Assembly (NCBI GenBank): GCA_963812045.1
Contig: CAWETF010000003.1
Coordinates: 348,881-412,880, forward strand
DNA from: an uncultured delta proteobacterium
GTDB taxonomy: Bacteria; Desulfobacterota; Syntrophia; Syntrophales; Smithellaceae
Length of the DNA stretch: 64,000 bases
Direction: 5' to 3'
A program made the translations under genes and the position numbers. Shown here in pieces: positions 1 through 8,618 of this stretch. The notes under the pieces are model-generated. The model had not been told where the DNA came from and ran no database searches. It saw only the letters and a program-made list of their open reading frames with translations. Position 1 is the first letter of the stretch. Each line of letters opens with the position of its first letter.

Positions 1-217
1 ACTTTTTTATTTTTAAGCCATCTTTGGTTATGGCAATTTCTTTTTCTGCCGATTCTATGCCAACAAGCAGGGTGCCGATAAAGGAAACAGCTAAGATAAT
101 CCTTTCCCATGATTGTCCCTTGCAAATACTGAGCACTAATAATAAGCAAAGAAGTGCGACAATTGCCATGAAAGGCACAAGAAAACTTCTTTTTATTTTA
201 AAAATATTTTGATCCAT
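1..217 (-). CDS. partial ORF, small predicted membrane protein (C-terminus lies beyond the left edge)
   Basis: ATG at 217 on the minus strand, 63 nt downstream of the moaC stop, open to position 1. Translation MDQNIFKIKRSFLVPFMAIVALLCLLLVLSI... has a hydrophobic helix. It is absent from the ORF track because there is no stop in the window. The + ORF 24..212 is its antisense shadow. Confidence 0.3.
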   Translation of the reverse strand, partial: MDQNIFKIKRSFLVPFMAIVALLCLLLVLSICKGQSWERIILAVSFIGTLLVGIESAEKEIAITKDGLKIKK

Positions 218-279
218 TTTTTCATCCTGATTTGATGGGTTACATAAAAAAGTATAAAATTTTTTATGGGTGGATGGTA

Positions 280-759
280 TTACTTGTTTCTTATAAAGGT
301 TCCGCTTTTACCACCGCTTTTTTCTAAAAGCATGATATCCCCGATAATTATTCTTTTGTTCACCGCTTTGCACATATCGTAAATAGTCAAAGCGGCAACG
401 CTCACTGCTGTCAGGGCTTCCATTTCCACGCCGGTTTTCCCCGCGGTTTGAACCTGAGACTCTATAACAATTTGCGAATTTTTATGATCAATACTTAAGT
501 TTATGTCAATTCCGGTTAATTCCAGCGGGTGACAAAGGGGGATAAGCTCTCCCGTTTTTTTCGCGGCCATTATTCCCGCAATTTTTGCCGTTGTCAAAAC
601 ATTTCCCTTTGCAATCTGTCCCTTTTCTATCAATTTCAGAGTATGGACGTCCATTTTGACAAATCCCAGCGCTTTGGCCTTGCGAATTGTCTTTTTCTTG
701 GCTGTGACATCCACCATTTGGACATCGCCTTCATTATTAACATGAGATAACTTTTTCAT
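280..759 (-). CDS. moaC: cyclic pyranopterin monophosphate synthase MoaC
   Basis: 159 aa. Typical MoaC sequence: VQMVDVTAKKKTIRKA..., GNVLTTAKIAGIMAAKKTGELIPLCHPL, TGVEMEALTAVSVAALTIYDMCKAV. Confidence 0.9.
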   Translation of the reverse strand: MKKLSHVNNEGDVQMVDVTAKKKTIRKAKALGFVKMDVHTLKLIEKGQIAKGNVLTTAKIAGIMAAKKTGELIPLCHPLELTGIDINLSIDHKNSQIVIESQVQTAGKTGVEMEALTAVSVAALTIYDMCKAVNKRIIIGDIMLLEKSGGKSGTFIRNK

Positions 760-1015
760 CGTGTTATTTGGAGTTTATTCTTGAATCAAATGATTTAACG
801 AACCTTAACATAGGCAAACTTGTGAGTCAAGAAACGTAAATATTTTTTTGTTTGTATAATTTAGGTAATCGTATCCAGAATTTGCGGAGCAAATAAATTA
901 TTCCCGTTGGAGAAAATTAAAGATTTTCGTTTACAATAAAACATTTTAATGAAATATATTGATATAAATAGTTTCATTAGTTAGTATCCCCGAAAAAATT
1001 TAATAAGAAGGCGTT

Positions 1016-2545
1016 ATGTTCGTTAAAGTAAGCAGCATGAGCGTCATTGGCATGGAGTCGTATCCGGTGTATGTGGAGGTGGACACGTCACAGGGATTGC
1101 CCCAGTTCGCCACCGTCGGACTTCCCGACGCTTCTGTTAAAGAAAGCAGAGACCGCATCAAGGCCGCCATCAAAAATTCCGGTTATCGTTTCCCCCGCAG
1201 TCATGTAACCATCAATCTGGCTCCCGCAGATATTAAAAAAGAAGGAACGGGTTTTGATCTGCCCATTGCCGTCGGCATTCTGGCCGCGGAAGAGTTAATC
1301 AAAAAAGCTGATTTAAAGGATTGTTTTTTTATCGGAGAACTGTCTCTGGATGGTAGCATTAAAGGAGTAAACGGAGTCCTGCCCGCCGCTTTTAAAGCAA
1401 AGGAAATGGGCATCAAGTCGGTTTTTGTTCCCGAAGAAAACGCGGCGGAAGCGGCTATGGTGGAAGGGATAAATGTCTATCCGGTGAAAACATTGCCCGA
1501 TGTTGTGGAATTTTTGGGCGGCCGCAGTAGTATCGAACCGCTTTGTCTGGATATAGATAAAATTTTTCAGAAAACAAATAAATACGATTTGGATTTTAGC
1601 GAAATAAAAGGGCAGAAGCAGGCCAAAAGAGCGCTGGAAATAGCGGCGGCCGGCGGCCATAATGTTTTAATGATCGGGCCGCCCGGTTCCGGAAAAAGTA
1701 TGCTGGCAAAAAGGATGCCCACTATTTTGCCCGATCTTTCCTTTGATGAAGCAATCGAAGTAACCAAGGTTTTTTCCATTGCCGGCTTCCTGAATAAAGA
1801 TGAAACGCTAATGGCAGTGCGCCCCTTTCGTTCGCCGCATCACACCATATCCGATGCCGGTCTGGTCGGAGGCGGCCAGACACCGCGCCCGGGAGAAATA
1901 AGCCTTGCTCACCTGGGAGTTCTTTTTCTGGACGAACTTCCCGAGTTCAAAAAAAACGCATTGGAAGCTCTGCGTCAGCCCCTGGAGGACGGTACCATAA
2001 CGATTACTCGTTCTTTGGTAACCGCTTCCTTTCCCGCGAAATTTATGCTGGTGGCGGCGATGAATCCCTGTCCGTGCGGTTATTTCGGCGATCGAATACA
2101 TACCTGCCGCTGCACCCCGCAGCAGATCCGCCAGTATCAGTCTAAAATATCAGGGCCGCTGCTGGATCGAATAGATTTACATATCGAGGTACCTTCGGTT
2201 AAGTATCGAGCCCTATCCGATAAAGAGCCGGGAGAATCTTCCGTGGCGGTCAAAGAACGCGTCAACAAAGCGCGTGATTTGCAGAAAAAACGTTTTGGAC
2301 AAAACGGAGTTATTTGTAATGCCCGGATGACGGAAAAACAAATTAAGAATTTTTGTTCGATAGATGAAGAAGCTCATAAACTTATCGAAATGGCTATTGA
2401 AAAACTGGGATTAAGCGCCCGGGCGGTAAACCGGATATTAAAAGTTTCCCGCACCATTGCTGATCTGGAAAATAATGAAGCAATCAAACCTGCTCATGTT
2501 GCCGAGGCAATTCAGTACCGAAGTCTTGATAGAAGTTTAATTTAG
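1016..2545 (+). CDS. comM: YifB/ComM family Mg-chelatase-like AAA+ ATPase
   Basis: 509 aa. N-terminal Lon-protease-like domain (VEVDTSQGLPQFATVGLPDASVKESRDRI), Walker A GPPGSGKS, Walker B LFLDELPEF, Cys cluster CPCGYFGD..HTCRC. Confidence 0.9.
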   Translation: MFVKVSSMSVIGMESYPVYVEVDTSQGLPQFATVGLPDASVKESRDRIKAAIKNSGYRFPRSHVTINLAPADIKKEGTGFDLPIAVGILAAEELIKKADLKDCFFIGELSLDGSIKGVNGVLPAAFKAKEMGIKSVFVPEENAAEAAMVEGINVYPVKTLPDVVEFLGGRSSIEPLCLDIDKIFQKTNKYDLDFSEIKGQKQAKRALEIAAAGGHNVLMIGPPGSGKSMLAKRMPTILPDLSFDEAIEVTKVFSIAGFLNKDETLMAVRPFRSPHHTISDAGLVGGGQTPRPGEISLAHLGVLFLDELPEFKKNALEALRQPLEDGTITITRSLVTASFPAKFMLVAAMNPCPCGYFGDRIHTCRCTPQQIRQYQSKISGPLLDRIDLHIEVPSVKYRALSDKEPGESSVAVKERVNKARDLQKKRFGQNGVICNARMTEKQIKNFCSIDEEAHKLIEMAIEKLGLSARAVNRILKVSRTIADLENNEAIKPAHVAEAIQYRSLDRSLI

Positions 2546-2619
2546 TGATATATCAGGTGAAAATTTTAATACCAGACCGATTTGCGGATAGTAGAGAATA
2601 TAACTGAGGCAGCAGCCTG

Positions 2620-3732
2620 GTGAAAGAGGCATTTATGGAAATTAAGATCAAAAAAACACCAATTAAAAAAAGAAAAACCAAACCGGTTGACGAAGCTAAA
2701 CTTGGTTTCGGGAAAGTTTTTACCGATCATTTTTTTAACGTCAAGTACAAGGAAGGCAAGGGCTGGTATGATCCGATAATTGAACCGTACCGTAAATTGG
2801 AATTAGATCCAACGGCAATGTGTCTGCATTACGGACAGGAAATTTTTGAAGGACTGAAAGCATATCGAGGCCAGGACGGGGCAATTTATCTTTTCCGTCC
2901 GCTGGAAAATATTAAGAGAATGAATTCGTCCGCGGAAAGACTCTGCATGCCGATCATGGATGAGAATCTTTTCATGGAAGCCATGAAAAAACTGGTTATT
3001 CTGGAAAAGGACTGGATTCCTCGAGGAGTCGGAACTTCTATGTACATCCGTCCGACAATGATTGCGACGGAAGCGGCCCTTGGAGTGCATCCGGCATCAG
3101 AATATCTGTTTTTCATTGTTGTCGGGCCGGTGGGCGCTTATTACCCGCAGGGATTTTCTCCTACTAAGATGTATGTGTCCGAGGAATATTCCCGGGCGGT
3201 GCGCGGCGGGATTGGTCACGTTAAAGCCGCCGGCAATTATGCCGCCAGTCTTTACGCCAGTAAAATTGCTACGAATATGGGATACACGCAGGTGCTCTGG
3301 CTGGATTCCTCGGAGAAAAAGTACGTGGAAGAGGTTGGCACCAGCAATATCTTTTTCCTGATCGGCGATGAGTTAGTCACGCCTCATCTGGGTGGATCAA
3401 TTTTGCCGGGCGTCACTCGAAAATCAGTGATTACACTGGCAAAACATCTGGGAACAAAAGTTATCGAAAGACAAATATCCATTGATGAAGTAATAACTGC
3501 TTCGCAGAACGGAATGTTGAAAGAAGCTTTTGCTTCCGGAACGGCGGCAGTGGTTTCGCCGGTGGGACATATTCATTTCCGGGGCAAGGAATATTCGATC
3601 AACGGCGGCAAGGCCGGAGCGCTGGCGGAGAAATTATATAATGAAATCCTGCAAATTCAGTATGGATTGAAAGATGATCCTTTCGGCTGGCGAGTCAAAA
3701 TATTAGACGGAAAAAAGACTACCAAGAAGTAA
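2620..3732 (+). CDS. ilvE: branched-chain amino acid aminotransferase
   Basis: 370 aa, class IV aminotransferase pattern (FGKVFTDHFF, LHYGQEIFEGLKAYR, VKAAGNYAASL, EEVGTSNIFF). The true start may be the ATG at 2635 (MEIKIKK). Confidence 0.88.
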   Translation: MKEAFMEIKIKKTPIKKRKTKPVDEAKLGFGKVFTDHFFNVKYKEGKGWYDPIIEPYRKLELDPTAMCLHYGQEIFEGLKAYRGQDGAIYLFRPLENIKRMNSSAERLCMPIMDENLFMEAMKKLVILEKDWIPRGVGTSMYIRPTMIATEAALGVHPASEYLFFIVVGPVGAYYPQGFSPTKMYVSEEYSRAVRGGIGHVKAAGNYAASLYASKIATNMGYTQVLWLDSSEKKYVEEVGTSNIFFLIGDELVTPHLGGSILPGVTRKSVITLAKHLGTKVIERQISIDEVITASQNGMLKEAFASGTAAVVSPVGHIHFRGKEYSINGGKAGALAEKLYNEILQIQYGLKDDPFGWRVKILDGKKTTKK

Positions 3733-4006
3733 ATTTTCATTTTTCTTCTTATATACAGGCACTTGAATTTGTATTCCACAAGACTGTGGAAATGGTTGTT
3801 GATAACTTTGTTGATAATCTCCGTAAGTGCGTAATTGTTACGATTTTACACCAAATTGCACAAGGTTTGGGCAATTAAAATATTCAATGTAATCAATAAC
3901 TTATTAATATAGCCTTATATCATCGTCACTTATGCCGCATGGATAAAGGAAGATATAAACTTCAAAAAAAATAGTGTGCCACTTTTGGCCGGTTTTTTAT
4001 AAAAAA

Positions 4007-4708
4007 ATGATAAAAAATTTTTTCAAAACAAATAAGCTATTTACGTCATCAGGGATTAATCTTTGCCTTATTCTATCGATGTTGGCTGTGCCTGCTTGTG
4101 TTTTTTCCGAAGAACTTCCGGCGGTTGGAGATGTTGCGCAAAAACTTCAAAGCGCTTATGAAAAAACAAAAGACCTGAAAGCTGATTTCGTTCAGGAAGC
4201 AACCATAAAGTCGATTAAGAAAACGGAGAGGGAAGAGGGCAAAGTATTTTTTAAGAATCCAAAGAATATGCTCTGGGAATACACAAAACCTCAGGGCAAA
4301 AAACTGGTGATTAACAGTCAAAAGGCGTGGCTTTACCTTTCCAAAGAAAAGGTTGTCTACACGCAGAAGTCAGAAAGCATTTTCCAATCGAAGTTCTTAA
4401 TTAACTTTTTTGCCGGGGCGGGAAAATTAAAAGATGATTTCACAATTAAATATGCCGAACCCAAATCTCTGGATAAAGACGGCAATTATTTGCTTGTGTT
4501 GACTCCCCGGGAAAAGACGGCAGTCTGCAATTCAGTTATGCTGACCGTTGACAAAAATAATTTTTATATTCTGCAGGTAAGCTTCGATGATCTTTTGGGC
4601 AACTCCACCACGCTGAAATTTTCAAATATTTCCATCAATACGGGACTGGCGCAAAAGATGTTTCAGTTCAGGACTCCGGCGGGAGTACAAATTTTTGAAA
4701 TGCCATAG
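4007..4708 (+). CDS. lolA: outer-membrane lipoprotein carrier protein LolA
   Basis: Signal peptide (LCLILSMLAVPACVFS) then LolA-like core (LKADFVQEATIKSIKKTEREEGKVFFKNPKNMLWEYTKPQGKKLVINSQKAWLY). Start moved from the track's 3974 to the first ATG at 4007. Confidence 0.75.
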   Translation: MIKNFFKTNKLFTSSGINLCLILSMLAVPACVFSEELPAVGDVAQKLQSAYEKTKDLKADFVQEATIKSIKKTEREEGKVFFKNPKNMLWEYTKPQGKKLVINSQKAWLYLSKEKVVYTQKSESIFQSKFLINFFAGAGKLKDDFTIKYAEPKSLDKDGNYLLVLTPREKTAVCNSVMLTVDKNNFYILQVSFDDLLGNSTTLKFSNISINTGLAQKMFQFRTPAGVQIFEMP

Positions 4709-4831
4709 GGGCTGTGTGAAAAACGTCCATCTGCGGCGTTGCGCTCCGTTCGCGTCGCTGCGACCTACGAAAAAGTAGGCCTCACTCCGCGATACTCGCG
4801 CGCCTTGCATCTGAACATTTTTGAACAGCCC
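4708..4831. repeat. 124-bp MITE/REP-like element with terminal inverted repeats
   Basis: GGGCTGTGTGAAAAA at the left end and TTTTTGAACAGCCC at the right end are inverted copies. It has an internal hairpin ctacgaaaaagtag, is GC-rich, and starts inside the lolA stop codon. Confidence 0.6.
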
Positions 4832-4893
4832 TGCTGAATTTTTGCTATGGTTATTGGAAAAAGCGAAATTTGTATATTAATACGAGGCATAAA

Positions 4894-5508
4894 ATGAAAA
4901 ACTCCCAAGATTGGCCATGGTGGCTTGGAAGAGCCCTCCAAGGTCTCACCTATTGGATCGGCCATCGCCGCTGTCTCTATAGGAACTATCCACTGACAGA
5001 AGGGGCCTTTGTTGCCGAACTCTGCAATCTTATCCATGCGAACCTCCCTGATAAATTCAGCCTCGTCTGCGAAGAGCAGTACCGTAAACGGATGAACAGG
5101 AGCAAGCGATCTCCACAGCTCGTAGAGCGTTCACGCGTCGATCTCGCCATCTATAAGAAAATTACTCTGAGTAATGGTGATGTTAAGTTTCATCCGAAGT
5201 ACATAATAGAGGTTAAACGCGCATCGGCACAGAAGGCACAGATTTACGCCGACCTCAAACGCTTAATTGCTGTTCGTTCGGTGCTACCTAAGATCAAGAC
5301 CTACTTGGTCGTAGTGGCTAAGGCTCAACGTCCCAAGCTTTTCGTGTCATCCAAGGGAAAATCTATAAAGAAGCACCAAACTCTTAAGGGTGTCAACGGG
5401 TACTTCAAGGTGCGCCGTACTTTCAAGGCAGCACATACATACACTAAAGTCGAGCGGATTCAATATGCATGCCTTGTAGAGGCATATTCTGAGAGGCTAC
5501 AACCCTAA
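4894..5508 (+). CDS. hypothetical protein with PD-(D/E)XK nuclease-like motif
   Basis: GAGG lies 8 nt upstream of the ATG at 4894 (track start 4870 is TTG). Motif RVDLAIY...(22 aa)...IIEVKR = D-x22-E-x-K after an acidic helix AFVAELCNL. No other family recognised. Confidence 0.5.
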   Translation: MKNSQDWPWWLGRALQGLTYWIGHRRCLYRNYPLTEGAFVAELCNLIHANLPDKFSLVCEEQYRKRMNRSKRSPQLVERSRVDLAIYKKITLSNGDVKFHPKYIIEVKRASAQKAQIYADLKRLIAVRSVLPKIKTYLVVVAKAQRPKLFVSSKGKSIKKHQTLKGVNGYFKVRRTFKAAHTYTKVERIQYACLVEAYSERLQP

Positions 5509-5549
5509 TATCCATAGCGTTAGTCATCAAGTGGAGGCGTTTCTAAATT

Positions 5550-6515
5550 ATGTGGCCATTTCGAAAGGATAATAAGACCGAAACGTCAAAAACACACAAG
5601 GGTAGCGAAGTCTTTAAGTCTGGTAACGAATTTGTAAGCATACGTTCGATGGACTTCTATGGGCAATACTCGGAATCCCCCGATGGTGTGTTCTTGATTG
5701 CTTGGTCAGATTTTAATCAATCGCTAGGTGTCGGAGGCTTCCGGGAATTTGGAGAAGGAACCTACATTCTATCAGAAAATTGCAAGGTATTACGGAGTGA
5801 CCGTTTACAGCGGCCAAACGATGGGAAGGTAGCTAATAATGGGACTATTATTATCAATGACTGGATGTTCGGAGAAGGACTTAAAGGCACTTTTTATGCA
5901 CTAGATAAGTCTGGTAGACAGTTGATAAAATATCGTTTTTCAGCAAATCTTTTCAATAACGGCATATCTGAAGATGGACATTATGCGGTTTGCCAGTGTG
6001 CAAAGAGCGATACAGAAGATGATAGTGTTCTATCTTTTTTCGATTTAGAAAAAGAATCGTTTCTTTGGAAAATAATACCAGAAAGCGGACGTGCAGATTC
6101 ATTTTATTTTGATTGTGTAAAAAACGAACTTCATCTTCGCTACAACGAACGAGAAACATACCTATATGACTTTGCTGGGAATTTTATTGACAAGGGAAAA
6201 TGGGAAGTTGAACGAATCAATTATGTTTCTGCTTTTGAACTTTCCATTATTGCTAAAGAGCACTATAAAGAAAAAGCATCCTCCCTGAGCGAAGCTGATG
6301 CCCAAGAAATACTATCCTTACTTGACCGAGCTCTAAAGAAAGGTTTGGACGAATACCCTAACGAAAAAGCTACTGTATATAGGACAATGGGTGAAGTTAA
6401 AGAATCTTTAGGAAAAACAATAGAGGCAATTCACAATTATGAATTGGCCTTAGAATTGAATCCAAAAGTTGGAATTAAACACCGTTTGAATTTATTGAAA
6501 AAATTGAAGAGCTAA
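5550..6515 (+). CDS. hypothetical protein, beta-rich repeat N-domain plus C-terminal TPR-like helices
   Basis: 321 aa. Recurrent xDG + hydrophobic strand units (SPDGVFLIAW, NDGKVANNGTIII, SEDGHYAVCQC). C-terminus GKTIEAIHNYELALELNPKVGIKHRLNLL resembles a TPR. Confidence 0.45.
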   Translation: MWPFRKDNKTETSKTHKGSEVFKSGNEFVSIRSMDFYGQYSESPDGVFLIAWSDFNQSLGVGGFREFGEGTYILSENCKVLRSDRLQRPNDGKVANNGTIIINDWMFGEGLKGTFYALDKSGRQLIKYRFSANLFNNGISEDGHYAVCQCAKSDTEDDSVLSFFDLEKESFLWKIIPESGRADSFYFDCVKNELHLRYNERETYLYDFAGNFIDKGKWEVERINYVSAFELSIIAKEHYKEKASSLSEADAQEILSLLDRALKKGLDEYPNEKATVYRTMGEVKESLGKTIEAIHNYELALELNPKVGIKHRLNLLKKLKS

Positions 6516-6592
6516 CGAATCAATCCAACTATAGCGGTGAAGTAGCGCCGCTGATGCCTGCCGTTAGTTATAGAGCATATAAGGTAGAAGCA

Positions 6593-7189
6593 ATGAAGTT
6601 TGCAATTGGTGACAAAATCGATCAGGCTCTTACGACAACCCTTGCTCAGGAACTCATTCTCTGTAAAGATAGTTTCGAGCGATTCTCGCATTTTGCCAAA
6701 ATAAATATCATGGGCCGCCGTGACAAAATCATAAAAATCAAGTGCCATGACGCCTATTCAAGTTTTCTCCATCACTTATACGAATTCTATGTTGGTTGTA
6801 TTAAGCGCAATCGAGCGAGTACGGAAAACATAGATAATGAGACGATGGACAAAATTCTTAACCATGAAGCAATCAAGCTGCTGAAAAACAGAATTCATGC
6901 AATCGAAAATGGCTACGCACCTTCATGGGAAAATGACATAGCTGTCTATCGTATTGAAGTCCCTGATGAGTTCGGTTTACAATTCAGAAAAATAAGGAAC
7001 AGGACAGCTCATGCGAGTATTCGTCGTTCAGTACCAGGAACAGAGATGACCATTGCAACCTTCTACCAGAAATATCATTTACTCATATGGTTGCTGTATT
7101 ACTCAGCACAATGTCTATGGACGGTAGAGGATGTCGCGGCACATGATTGGAAAGCCATTGAAGAGTTTGATCTTGCCATACAAGGCTAA
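6593..7189 (+). CDS. hypothetical helical protein with HEPN-type R-N-x3-H motif
   Basis: AAGGTAGAAG RBS upstream of the ATG at 6593 (track start 6554). Contains FRKIRNRTAHAS, which matches the canonical HEPN RNxxxH RNase motif. Otherwise unassigned. Confidence 0.45.
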   Translation: MKFAIGDKIDQALTTTLAQELILCKDSFERFSHFAKINIMGRRDKIIKIKCHDAYSSFLHHLYEFYVGCIKRNRASTENIDNETMDKILNHEAIKLLKNRIHAIENGYAPSWENDIAVYRIEVPDEFGLQFRKIRNRTAHASIRRSVPGTEMTIATFYQKYHLLIWLLYYSAQCLWTVEDVAAHDWKAIEEFDLAIQG

Positions 7190-7291
7190 CCCACCATTCC
7201 ACCGGATCGCTACGCTCCGGCTAATCTTTTCATTATAAAATATATTGTAAATACATTTGTAAAGACATTATTTTTATGATATTATTGAGCC

Positions 7292-7555
7292 ATGAAAAAA
7301 ATTAAATGGGACGAAGCAAAAAACAAGATCCTCAAGGAAGAGAGAGGCGTTTCGTTTGAAGAAATATTAGATTCAATATTTATAGGAGCTGAAAAACATC
7401 GCACGAGAAAGAATCAAATGGTTTTGCTATATGAATACAAGAAATATGTCTGGGTTGTGCCTTGTGTTGTTGAAGATAAATATATTTTTCTGAAAACAAT
7501 GTTTCCCAGTCGCAAATATACGAAAATGTTTAAAAGTAAAAAAGGTGAAAAATGA
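7292..7555 (+). CDS. brnT: BrnT-family (DUF497) type II toxin
   Basis: 87 aa. IKWDEAKNKILKEERGVSFEEI and the C-terminal FLKTMFPSRKYTKMF match the BrnT pattern. It overlaps the downstream antitoxin gene by 4 nt (ATGA). Confidence 0.7.
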   Translation: MKKIKWDEAKNKILKEERGVSFEEILDSIFIGAEKHRTRKNQMVLLYEYKKYVWVVPCVVEDKYIFLKTMFPSRKYTKMFKSKKGEK

Positions 7556-7800
7556 AAAAGCTCAGATTATCAAAAGAAGAAAAAGAAATTGAAAATGCTT
7601 TACTGATCGGTGATTTCAAGCCGGTCAAGGGAAAAGAACTGGAAAAAATAGAAAATGCCCTCAAATCAAGAAAAAAAGACACAACGATGACCATTCGGGT
7701 GAATAGCGAAGATATTGAAAAAATTAAGGGCAAAGCAAAAAAATTGGGAATAAAATACCAATCTTATATTTCAGAAATTATACATCAGGTTGCTCGATAG
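7552..7800 (+). CDS. brnA: BrnA/CopG-type antitoxin
   Basis: 82 aa. C-terminal ribbon-helix-helix-like MTIRVNSEDIEKIKGKAKKLGIKYQSYISEIIHQ. Translationally coupled to the brnT-like gene. Confidence 0.65.
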   Translation: MKKLRLSKEEKEIENALLIGDFKPVKGKELEKIENALKSRKKDTTMTIRVNSEDIEKIKGKAKKLGIKYQSYISEIIHQVAR

Positions 7801-7820
7801 TAAATGTTAACGTATCACAA

Positions 7821-7934
7821 TTAATCAAACGGATTCTCTCTGTCGAAATCCGGCGTCAGTTCGTAGTCGTTGACTTCCTGAACAAAAATATTATCGAATC
7901 CTAACTTCAGTGCATAATCAGTCACTTGTTCATA
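7821..7934 (-). pseudogene. duplicated 3'-end fragment of the PflX-like radical SAM gene
   Basis: The minus strand encodes YEQVTDYALKLGFDNIFVQEVNDYELTPDFDRENPFD*, versus ...YEQVTDYALKLGFDNIFVQEVNDYELTPDFDQSNPFD* at the end of 8619..9545. The nucleotide match runs over ~114 bp. Confidence 0.85.
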
Positions 7935-8010
7935 AATAATAAATCTTGATTTGCTGTTTATATTGGTCTATATTTTGACCATTAAATGAGTCAAAATAAG
8001 GAGCTGTATT

Positions 8011-8301
8011 ATGAAAACAATTTCCATTAAAAATGACATTGTTCCTATTGCCGAGTTCAAAGCGGGCATTTCCATGTGGTTCAAAAGCCTCAAGATTACC
8101 GGACAGCCCTTGATCATTACGCAAAACGGGAAACCGGCAGGTGTTCTATTATCACCAAGTGACTATGACGATTTGGTATATAAAAAATCTTTTCTTGATT
8201 CCGTTGGCAGAGGTATATCAGATGCTGAAAGCGGAAAAACCTATCGAACAGAAGAGGTTCGAGCGGCATTAAAAGCAAGAAGAAAAAAGGATAACTCCTG
8301 A
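8011..8301 (+). CDS. Phd/YefM-family antitoxin
   Basis: 96 aa. PIAEFKAGISMWFKSLKITGQPLIITQNGKPAGVLLSPSDYDDL is the typical Phd/YefM N-domain. AAGGAG RBS. Its stop overlaps the toxin start. Confidence 0.8.
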   Translation: MKTISIKNDIVPIAEFKAGISMWFKSLKITGQPLIITQNGKPAGVLLSPSDYDDLVYKKSFLDSVGRGISDAESGKTYRTEEVRAALKARRKKDNS

Positions 8302-8597
8302 TGAAAATCAGATGGTCACATGAAGCCCTTGATCGATTAATCGAAATCGAAGATTACATCTCAAAAGACAGTTCGGTTCGCGCCATACAATTCGTGGATC
8401 AACTTATTGAACACGCGGAATTATTATCTGGAAAACCTCTTATGGGCAGGATAGTCCCCGAACTTGCCAACCCTGATATAAGGGAACTGGTATTTAAGAA
8501 ATATCGTATTATCTATAGGCTTAAAGAAAAACGCATCGAGATACTGACTGTTTTTGAAGGACATAGATTGATGCGAATTGATGAAATTGAAGTTTAG
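8301..8597 (+). CDS. parE: ParE/RelE-superfamily toxin
   Basis: 98 aa. IRWSHEALDRLIEIEDYISKDS...RELVFKKYRIIYRLKEKRIEILTVFEGHR is the ParE-like pattern. TGATG overlap with the antitoxin gene. Confidence 0.8.
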   Translation: MKIRWSHEALDRLIEIEDYISKDSSVRAIQFVDQLIEHAELLSGKPLMGRIVPELANPDIRELVFKKYRIIYRLKEKRIEILTVFEGHRLMRIDEIEV

Positions 8598-8618
8598 TAT
8601 ATGAAAACACTGATACGT

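Noticed and set aside
24-212. 62-aa + strand ORF at the left edge
   Set aside because: It has no RBS. It lies antisense to a better-supported partial minus-strand ORF (1..217) that follows moaC. Most likely a shadow ORF.
760-1015. Moco riboswitch upstream of moaC
   Set aside because: The best promoter candidate (819-831 region) leaves a leader of only ~30-40 nt. That is too short for the ~130-nt Moco RNA motif, and I saw no matching conserved stems.
3733-3973. oriC/DnaA-box cluster in the ilvE-lolA gap (tgtggaaat, tggataaag, gttgataa x2)
   Set aside because: There are only degenerate partial matches to TTATCCACA. No AT-rich 13-mer-like unwinding element is present and no dnaA/dnaN lies nearby. 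The ttccaca-agac-tgtggaa dyad may be a regulator site, but I cannot support more than that.
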